Source: Oscillospiraceae bacterium
GTDB lineage: Bacteria > Bacillota > Clostridia > Oscillospirales > Ruminococcaceae
Assembly (NCBI GenBank): GCA_017436125.1
Contig: JAFSDS010000026.1
Coordinates: 862 to 64,861, forward strand
DNA length: 64,000 nt
Reading direction: 5' to 3'
In this document: positions 1-6,868 of the stretch, one piece after another
Layout: every line of letters starts with the position of its first letter
How positions within the stretch are numbered: the first letter of the stretch is position 1
Position numbers and translations under genes: made by a program
The notes under the pieces: model-generated
What the model was told of the DNA's origin: nothing
Seen by the model: only the letters and a program-made list of their open reading frames with translations
The model's database searches: none

Positions 1-533
1 TCACTGCTATGACCGCTATCGCAATCTTCGAAACCAACACTGGTATCCTCTTCCCGCTCTTCAGCGACATGGTTGACGTAACCAGAACCGGTGCTGTTAA
101 CGCATACGACGCTGGTACTTCCGGCCTTGCATCTGGTCTTCTTACCTGCGGTAACATCGCTATCGTTCTCGCTGGCGCATACCCCATGGTAAAATTCATC
201 ACCGACAAATTCGGTAAAGCTCTCGAAAAACTCGGCGCAATGCTCGGCATGAACGCTGCAGGTTCTGCAGGTCTTGTTGCAACCCTTGCTAACAACATCG
301 CAATGTTCAACATCCTCAAAGACATGAACCCGAAAGCAAAACTCCTCAACTGCGCATTCGCAGTATCCGCAGCATTCGTATTCGGCGACCACCTCGGCTT
401 CTGCGCTGGTAACAACGCTGAAATGATCGGCCCGATGATCGTTGGTAAACTTGTTGCTGGTATCCTTGCAGTAGTTCTCGGCCAGTTCATGGCTCCCGCA
501 CTTCTCGCAAAAATCCCCGGCGCAAACGAATAA
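1..533 (+). CDS. eutH: Ethanolamine permease EutH, C-terminal part (5' end lies outside window)
   Basis: Frame is open from the window edge. Polytopic hydrophobic sequence with NIAMFNILKDMNPKAKLLNCAFAVSAAFVFGDHLGF, typical of EutH. A eutQ-like gene follows. Confidence 0.7.
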   Translation, partial: TAMTAIAIFETNTGILFPLFSDMVDVTRTGAVNAYDAGTSGLASGLLTCGNIAIVLAGAYPMVKFITDKFGKALEKLGAMLGMNAAGSAGLVATLANNIAMFNILKDMNPKAKLLNCAFAVSAAFVFGDHLGFCAGNNAEMIGPMIVGKLVAGILAVVLGQFMAPALLAKIPGANE

Positions 534-569
534 TAATTAAATAATTAGTTATTTTTCAATGCTACCCTT

Positions 570-598
570 GGAGCGCCTATTGCCGCGATAGGCGCTCC
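570..598 (+). terminator. Stable GC-rich hairpin after eutH (11-bp stem, no U-tract)
   Basis: ggagcgcctat-tgccgcg-ataggcgctcc. No T-run follows, so it may be an attenuator or stabiliser rather than a full terminator. Confidence 0.3.
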
Positions 599-661
599 TC
601 TTAAAGATATCAAAAGACTCTCCATTGAGTCCTTATTCTATACAGAAGGAGGCGCATATCA

Positions 662-1117
662 ATGAATATCAGTGAAGAACTGATTAAGGAGATTGTCGCC
701 AAAGTCTGCGCAAACATGAAAGAAGAAGACGCTGTACCTCTCGAAAGAAACGTACTTTCCAACGGCATGATGAGCATCAAGACCGCAACCGTTGAATGCG
801 AGCCTTTCCCCTTCGAAATCGGAGATGCACAGGATAAGACTTTCGCAACCGACGTTCTCTCTCTTGAAGAGTCTCCTCGCCTTGGCGCAGGCGTCATGGA
901 AATGAAAGCCGGAGCAGAGTTCCCCTGGACCCTTAACTACGATGAAGTTGAATACATCATCGACGGTACCATCGTACTCAAATCCGAAGCTGGCAATGTT
1001 ACTGCTCATGCAGGCGACATGACCTATATTCCTAAAGGCACCAGCATTCATTTCTCCACACCTGATTACGTAAGATTCATCTACGTAACCTACCCTGCAG
1101 ACTGGGCAAATCAGTAA
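662..1117 (+). CDS. eutQ: Ethanolamine utilisation cupin protein EutQ
   Basis: AGGAGG lies 8 nt upstream. 151 aa with a C-terminal cupin barrel (WTLNYDEVEYIIDGTI...GDMTYIPKGTSIHF). Sits directly after eutH. Confidence 0.7.
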   Translation: MNISEELIKEIVAKVCANMKEEDAVPLERNVLSNGMMSIKTATVECEPFPFEIGDAQDKTFATDVLSLEESPRLGAGVMEMKAGAEFPWTLNYDEVEYIIDGTIVLKSEAGNVTAHAGDMTYIPKGTSIHFSTPDYVRFIYVTYPADWANQ

Positions 1118-1131
1118 TTTAATTATTGATT

Positions 1132-1161
1132 AAAAAACACCGCTTAGGCGGTGTTTTTTTT
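1132..1161 (+). terminator. Rho-independent terminator of the eut operon
   Basis: acaccgc-ttag-gcggtgt followed by T8. Confidence 0.8.
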
Positions 1162-1185
1162 GTTGCCCAAATTTATGTTTTTTGG

Positions 1186-1214
1186 TTGTTACGCCGGGTA
1201 AATTGTGATAGAAT
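1186..1214 (+). promoter_or_regulatory. Putative sigma-A promoter (TTGTTA-17-TAGAAT with TGn extension)
   Basis: Hexamers at 1186-1191 and 1209-1214, with TG at 1206-1207. Lies 34 nt upstream of the amidohydrolase start. Confidence 0.4.
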
Positions 1215-1247
1215 AAACAGTAGATTTTTACGAAACGAGGCGAAAAT

Positions 1248-2042
1248 ATGCCTGATTACAGAATAATCGACGTTCATAACCACATATATCCGGAAAAAAT
1301 AGTTGGGAAGGCAACAGACGCCATAGGCGAATTTTATGATATTGATATGCAGCACCTTGGAACCGGAAACGAACTTGTTGAGGCAGGGAAGAGGGCTGGC
1401 ATTGAAAAATTTGTTGTATGCTCCGCGGCAACAGTTCCGCAGCAGGTTACTATAATCAATAATTTTATTGCGGCGGAATGTGAAAAACACCCGGAGTTCA
1501 TTGGTTTTGGAACACTCCATCCCGGTTTTGAGGATTACAGTGCAGAGATAAAAAGAATGAAAGAAATGGGGCTTACCGGGGTTAAACTCCATCCGGATTT
1601 TCAGAAATTTTATATTGATGACCCGGACGCTCTTCCCATGTTCAAAGCGATAAGGGATAATGATATGTGGCTTATCGTTCATCTTGGCGACGACAGATAT
1701 GAATATTCCCAGCCGGAAAGAATGGCAAAAGTTATTGATGAGGTGCCCGGACTTAAACTTATCGGTGCTCATTTCGGCGGATACCGCCGCTGGGAATCTG
1801 CTTTGGATGTTTATAAACCGGGAACGCTTTATTTTGATATTTCAAGCTCCATGCATTTTATGACAAAGGAACTTATTTTTAAATTCTTCGACCGCTATGG
1901 AATCGAAAGTTTCTTTTGGGGAACGGATTTTCCTATGTGGGATCACAAAGAGGAGCTTGATCTTTTCTTTTCCCTCGGTCTTTCCGAAGAGGAAAACCGT
2001 ATGATACTCTATGATAATTTTGCAAAAGCATATGGACTTTAA
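1248..2042 (+). CDS. Metal-dependent amidohydrolase (TIM-barrel, amidohydrolase_2-like)
   Basis: N-terminal IDVHNHIYPEK motif. 264 aa with later HLGD and GTDFP motifs. Confidence 0.65.
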   Translation: MPDYRIIDVHNHIYPEKIVGKATDAIGEFYDIDMQHLGTGNELVEAGKRAGIEKFVVCSAATVPQQVTIINNFIAAECEKHPEFIGFGTLHPGFEDYSAEIKRMKEMGLTGVKLHPDFQKFYIDDPDALPMFKAIRDNDMWLIVHLGDDRYEYSQPERMAKVIDEVPGLKLIGAHFGGYRRWESALDVYKPGTLYFDISSSMHFMTKELIFKFFDRYGIESFFWGTDFPMWDHKEELDLFFSLGLSEEENRMILYDNFAKAYGL

Positions 2043-2043
2043 T

Positions 2044-2075
2044 AAAAAACGGCGGAAAATTTCCGCCGTTTTTTA
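2044..2075 (+). terminator. Rho-independent terminator
   Basis: acggcggaaa-a-tttccgccgt followed by T6. Confidence 0.85.
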
Positions 2076-2335
2076 TAATACTATGCAGCCGGTTAATTGA
2101 ATTTATTGAGATTTTGTAATATAATTTTAAAGGCTGGTTGTTTTTTAAAATCAGTCACAAAAAGGATAAAATTTCCTATAATAATGTATAATAATTTTAA
2201 TATAAATACTTGTTTTTTTACAGGTGTTATGTTAAACTGATTATAATAGCAAAATGAATTATTGTCGGAATTTATGTCCGGCATAATCGTGTTGCAAAAT
2301 TTTCGGAAAAAACAAAAGAATGTGAGGGAAAAACA

Positions 2336-4120
2336 ATGAAACGTATTTTTTCCATCATGGTAGCTGTTATCATGGTTCTCGCTCTTGGCGTTACTGCACT
2401 TGCAGTTGCACCGGACAAAACCGTTAACGTTACCATCACCCCCAGTGTTACCGAAATTCCTGTTGGCAGCACTGAAAACAGAGTAGTTTTCACTGTCGAA
2501 GCAGAACCTTCTGCCGCCGGTTTTGACGTAATCGCTCTTGTTGTTAAAGGCGAAAACGACAAAATCCTTGTAGATACTGCAGACGGCTTCGACTATAACG
2601 CAGATCTGGAGTATCATCCTAAATATACTCCCGATGGTTATTTTGAAAGCGTAAAAATAGAAGAGTTCCTTTATATTGAGGATTCTCTTTATATTTTCTT
2701 TGCAGAAGGCAGAAAACCCCTTCAGGAGAAAGTTGCTCTTGCAACTTTTACCGCAACCATTGATACCAGCGTTGCAGGTGAATATTCCATTCAGCTTTGC
2801 AACCTTGGCGTTGACAGCGTTGCCGGTACCAGCGAAGAGAACCATACCATCAACGTAACCAGCATCCCCGTAAAAGTTGTTTGCGGCCATACCGGCGAAA
2901 CCGAAGTTAAAAATGCAGCAGAAGCAAACTGCGGCAACAGCGGTTATACCGGCGATGTTTACTGCAAAGACTGCGGTGAGAAAATTGCAGACGGTGAAGT
3001 AATCGAAGCAACCGGCAAACACGTTGGCGGCACTGCAACCTGTAAAGAACAGGCAGTTTGCGAAATCTGCGGAAACAAATATGGCGAACTTGCTGCACAC
3101 AAAGGCGGCACTGCAACCTGCAAAACCAAAGCAGTTTGCGAAGTTTGCGGCGATTCCTACGGTGAACTTGATGCAGCAAACCACGAAGAAAAAGAACCCG
3201 TTCTTTACGACGTAGTTGAAGCAACCTGCACTACCCCCGGCTTTACCGGAAACAAAGATTATCTCTGCTGCGGCCAGACCATCCCCGGCAGCACCACCCC
3301 CAAGAACCCCGATAACCACGGCGAACATGGAACCAAAGTTATCAACGCAGTAGCTCCTGACTGCAAGAACGACGGTTATACCGGCGATACCGCTTGCGAA
3401 GGATGCGGAAAAGTTCTTGCTAACGGCACTGCTATCCCTGCAACCGGAAACCACGGCGGCGGCGAAGCAAACTGCCAGAAAGGTGCTATCTGCGCAGGAT
3501 GCGGAACTGAATATACCAAACCGGATCCTGATATTCACGTAAACACCGAAGTAAGAGATGCTAAAGAAGCAACCTGCGGCGATGAAGGCTATACCGGCGA
3601 TACTTACTGCAAAGACTGCGGCGCTAAAGTAAAAGACGGTGAAGCAATTCCTGCAACCGGCGAACATAAAGGCGGCAGCGCAACCTGCTCCACTCTTGCA
3701 GAGTGCTCTGTATGTAAACAGCCTTACGGCGAATACAATCCCGAAGTTCACGAAAAAGAATACTCTATCGTAAAAGAACCTACTTGTACCGAAGTTGGTG
3801 AAAGAGCAGTAACCTGCAAATGCGGAACCGTTCTTCCCAGCGAAGAGATCGAAGCTCTCGGACATGAGTATGGTGATTGGGTAGTTGTAAAACCTGCAAC
3901 CAAGAAAGAAGAAGGCAGCAAAGAACGTACCTGCGAACGTTGCGGTGACGTTGAATCTGCTGTTATTCCTAAGATCAAAGATACTGAAAACAGCATCATC
4001 ATCGACATGAATGGCAAAGGCCAGACCGGCGGGGAATCCAACCCCAATACCGGTGCTCCCGTATTCGGTGTAGTTGCCCTTGCAGCATGCGCAGTTGCTG
4101 TTATCGGTAAAAAACACTAA
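2336..4120 (+). CDS. Secreted surface protein: signal peptide, cohesin-like module, six Cys-rich (CxxC) modules, C-terminal sorting signal
   Basis: GAGGGA RBS. Signal peptide ends ...ALA/VAP. Repeated C-x5-GYTGD-x2-C-x2-CG and GG-x-ATC-x6-C-x2-CG modules. C-terminus is NPNTG + hydrophobic helix + KKH. Confidence 0.85.
   Translation: MKRIFSIMVAVIMVLALGVTALAVAPDKTVNVTITPSVTEIPVGSTENRVVFTVEAEPSAAGFDVIALVVKGENDKILVDTADGFDYNADLEYHPKYTPDGYFESVKIEEFLYIEDSLYIFFAEGRKPLQEKVALATFTATIDTSVAGEYSIQLCNLGVDSVAGTSEENHTINVTSIPVKVVCGHTGETEVKNAAEANCGNSGYTGDVYCKDCGEKIADGEVIEATGKHVGGTATCKEQAVCEICGNKYGELAAHKGGTATCKTKAVCEVCGDSYGELDAANHEEKEPVLYDVVEATCTTPGFTGNKDYLCCGQTIPGSTTPKNPDNHGEHGTKVINAVAPDCKNDGYTGDTACEGCGKVLANGTAIPATGNHGGGEANCQKGAICAGCGTEYTKPDPDIHVNTEVRDAKEATCGDEGYTGDTYCKDCGAKVKDGEAIPATGEHKGGSATCSTLAECSVCKQPYGEYNPEVHEKEYSIVKEPTCTEVGERAVTCKCGTVLPSEEIEALGHEYGDWVVVKPATKKEEGSKERTCERCGDVESAVIPKIKDTENSIIIDMNGKGQTGGESNPNTGAPVFGVVALAACAVAVIGKKH
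2411..2881 (+). other. Cohesin-like beta-sandwich module (domain-level call)
   Basis: Pattern VNVTITPS..IPVGS..VVFTVEAEP..AGFDVIALVV...LYIFFAEG..EKVALATFTATIDTSVAGEYSIQL...IPVKVV resembles type-I cohesin strand order. Recognised by eye only. Confidence 0.45.
4040..4120 (+). other. Cell-wall sorting-type signal (NPNTG, TM helix, basic tail)
   Basis: ES-NPNTG-APVFGVVALAACAVAVIG-KKH-stop. Confidence 0.6.
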
Positions 4121-4143
4121 TTTTTCCGAAAATATAATCAGCA

Positions 4144-4172
4144 GAAAGGATGCCTAATAAGCATCCTTTTTG
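4144..4172 (+). terminator. Rho-independent terminator
   Basis: aaggatgc-ctaataa-gcatcctt followed by a T-run. Confidence 0.75.
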
Positions 4173-4188
4173 CCTATAAAAGCAACAG

Positions 4189-4229
4189 AGAAAACGGTCC
4201 TGTTTTATAAGGACGGGACCGTTTTCTTA
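4189..4229 (+). terminator. Second hairpin terminator
   Basis: aaaacggtcc...ggaccgtttt (10-bp stem) followed by ctt. Confidence 0.5.
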
Positions 4230-4316
4230 CGGAAATAAAAGATATTGAAATGTTTTTAAAAAGCATTAAAAACAGTTTAATGTTTTTTATTTAAAAGAAT
4301 AGTGAGGTTGGTCGTT

Positions 4317-6791
4317 ATGAAAAAAATAATCGCATTGGTTATGGCATTCTGTCTTGCTTTCGGCGGAGCACCCGCTGTTATGGCAGAAGAAACTATTGAT
4401 CCCTATTCCGGTATTGAGGGAAGCGGAAGCTATACTTACGTTGCTCCCTGGGTATCTGAAGAGGAACTTTCCGTAGTTTATGATGATAACATTGTTGTTG
4501 AAGAAATTCCGGTGCTTTATTCTTCCGGCAATCCCGAGTATACAGCTGATTTGACCGTGATAGCAGATCAGATGAGAGAAAAAATGGTAGCAAGAGAAAA
4601 AACTGCCGCGTTCTATTATGAGTTTGACAGCGCCCCTGTTCTTGAAATTATCGAAGCTAAGGAAGAAGAACTTGGCAGAGAAATTACCAACGATGAATAT
4701 GTAAGCATTGTAAATGCATATCTTAAAGAACTTGTTAACGGTTTAAGAGCGGAGGCTTTTAAAGAAACCGGTGTTTCTGTTGAGGGTGACTATCTTTACA
4801 GACATGTTGGAAGAATCGGCCTTACTTATTCCTGGTCCTACAGAAAACCATATTTTAAGGTGATAATCAGTTTTTCTGAAAAAGCCGGAAAAGATATGCT
4901 TTATTTCTCCACTGCGGAGCAGGAAGCTGAGCTTACCAAAGCTATTGAAGAAGTAAAAGCAGGTTTTGGCTTTACCGATAAAACCAACGATTATGAAAAA
5001 GTAAAAACAATTTATGATTATATAACCGCAAACGTCACTTACGACTGGGCAAACCTTAATAACGATGCAAATCTTGTAAAATTCTCCGCATACGGTGCAC
5101 TTATAAATAAAACCTGTGTTTGCCAGGGATATGCATCCCTTCTTTACAGATTTTTGACTGAAGAGGGTATTTCCGTAAGAATTATCGGCGGAACCAGCCA
5201 GGGGAAGGGCCATGCATGGAACATCGTTCGCCTCGGCGATTATTACTACAATGCAGACTCCACCTGGGATGCGGGCAGAGCGGAATATGAATACTTCCTT
5301 TGCGGAAAAAACAATTTTGATGACCATACCCGCGATGCTGAGTGTGATACCGCAGAGTTCCATTCTGCACATCCCATGAGCGAAACGGATTTTGATCCGA
5401 ATACTCTTCCGAAGGATTATACTGTAACCTATGATGCAAACGGCGGAACCGGCGCTCCTTCTTCCGAAACAGTTGCAGCCGGCGAAAACACTGTGATCAC
5501 CGATGTTGTTCCGGAAAAAGAAGGCTATGTATTCCTTGGCTGGGCGGCAGCTGCCGATGCAGCCAAAGCGGAATATAAAGCCGGAGATCAGTATTCTAAC
5601 GGTGAGGATATTACCCTCTATGCAGTATGGGAAGAAAATCCCTATATCGCAAGCGGTTACTGCGGCGGTGAAGGCGACGGAACAAACCTCAGCTGGACTC
5701 TTGATAAAAAAGGTCTTCTTACCATAAGCGGAACCGGAGCAATGGCTGATTATGAAAGGATCTTTGTTCGCGACGAAGCAACCGGACGCTATTACGCTAA
5801 AACAACAACCCCGTGGGTAGATTATAAGGGCACTGTTAAAACCATTGTTCTTGAAGAAGGAATGACCACTGTCGGAAGCTATGCTTTCTATAGCATGGCT
5901 CTTGAGGGAGAACTTGTTCTTCCCAAAACCCTTAAATCCATCGGAAACTGGGGCATTGCAGTAAATAATTTTACCGGCGACCTCGTAATTCCGGAAGGCT
6001 TTGAATCCCTTAAAACTGCGGCTCTTCAGGGTGTGGGAGATTTTGAGGATGTAAGCATTCCTTCCACCCTTACCTCCATTATTGCAGCTCCTTTCAGATA
6101 TTGCAGAGTAAAGAACATAAATGTTGCTGAAAGCAACCCGAACTTTAAATCTGTTGACGGAATTATGTTCGATAAAACCGGAACAAAACTTATCCAGTTC
6201 CCGGATGCACGTACCGGAGAATACACCGTTCCGGAAGAAGTTTCCCATATCGGAAGCAGTGCATTTGATACCAGCGATCTTTCAAAAGTAGTTGTTAAGG
6301 GCAACGTTACAATGGTCGAAAGTATGGCCTTTAACGGATTCAGCGGAAAGGTATTCTTTGAAGGCGAAGTTAACAGAGTTGTTTTTGAAGCTTTCGGATA
6401 TCCTCAGGACGGAGATACCGATATTTACTTCCTTAACGGACCGCCTAAAACTATTGAGATAGATGAATATGGCGCTTCCTTTGGACCCGGATCTGTTCTT
6501 TATTACCTTAAAGGTACCGAGGATAAATGGGAGTTTGATGAAAACGGCCTTTGGAACGGATACGAAGTTCATGAATACGATCCCGGTGCTATCGAAACCG
6601 GCGACACAAACGGTGACGGCGTTATCAATGCCCGTGACAGCCAGAGGCTTTATGAATATATCGTCGGAAAAAACAAAACCGATGACGAGACTGTAATTAA
6701 AGCGATGGACGTTAACGGCGACGGTGTTGTAAATGCCCGTGACAGCCAGAGACTTTATGAACATATTATCGGAAAAAATCCTTTGGATTAA
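4317..6791 (+). CDS. Dockerin protein with transglutaminase-like core, Listeria-Bacteroides (Flg_new) repeat and a BspA-type LRR cassette
   Basis: ATG at 4317 lies 9 nt after GAGG (the ORF track starts at GTG 4302). Signal peptide MKKIIALVMAFCLAFGGAPAVMA. Cys-His-Asp core CQGYASL...GHAWNIV...DSTWD. YTVTYDANGGTG...ITLYAVW repeat. LRR_5-like repeats. Two dockerin segments at the C-terminus. Confidence 0.85.
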   Translation: MKKIIALVMAFCLAFGGAPAVMAEETIDPYSGIEGSGSYTYVAPWVSEEELSVVYDDNIVVEEIPVLYSSGNPEYTADLTVIADQMREKMVAREKTAAFYYEFDSAPVLEIIEAKEEELGREITNDEYVSIVNAYLKELVNGLRAEAFKETGVSVEGDYLYRHVGRIGLTYSWSYRKPYFKVIISFSEKAGKDMLYFSTAEQEAELTKAIEEVKAGFGFTDKTNDYEKVKTIYDYITANVTYDWANLNNDANLVKFSAYGALINKTCVCQGYASLLYRFLTEEGISVRIIGGTSQGKGHAWNIVRLGDYYYNADSTWDAGRAEYEYFLCGKNNFDDHTRDAECDTAEFHSAHPMSETDFDPNTLPKDYTVTYDANGGTGAPSSETVAAGENTVITDVVPEKEGYVFLGWAAAADAAKAEYKAGDQYSNGEDITLYAVWEENPYIASGYCGGEGDGTNLSWTLDKKGLLTISGTGAMADYERIFVRDEATGRYYAKTTTPWVDYKGTVKTIVLEEGMTTVGSYAFYSMALEGELVLPKTLKSIGNWGIAVNNFTGDLVIPEGFESLKTAALQGVGDFEDVSIPSTLTSIIAAPFRYCRVKNINVAESNPNFKSVDGIMFDKTGTKLIQFPDARTGEYTVPEEVSHIGSSAFDTSDLSKVVVKGNVTMVESMAFNGFSGKVFFEGEVNRVVFEAFGYPQDGDTDIYFLNGPPKTIEIDEYGASFGPGSVLYYLKGTEDKWEFDENGLWNGYEVHEYDPGAIETGDTNGDGVINARDSQRLYEYIVGKNKTDDETVIKAMDVNGDGVVNARDSQRLYEHIIGKNPLD
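6600..6791 (+). other. Dockerin module (two Ca-loop/helix segments)
   Basis: GDTNGDGVINARDSQRLYEYIVGK ... DVNGDGVVNARDSQRLYEHIIGKNPLD. Confidence 0.8.
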
Positions 6792-6868
6792 TAACAAAGT
6801 ATAAAATATAACTTTAATTTGTAAATTGAGGGAAACAAAATCCCTGGTTATAAAAGGAGAAGTTGAAG

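Noticed and set aside
570-642. ANTAR/EutV-type antiterminator target between eutH and eutQ
   Set aside because: There is only one long hairpin with a 7-nt loop and no U-tract. The paired hexaloop hairpins characteristic of ANTAR sites are absent.
2093-4117. 674-aa minus-strand ORF opposite the cohesin-like/Cys-rich gene. Similar antisense ORFs lie at 4743-6248, 6282-6797, 10707-11066 and 11979-12452.
   Set aside because: These are the same codon-aligned antisense artefact. The sense-strand genes have clear secretion signals and domain motifs.
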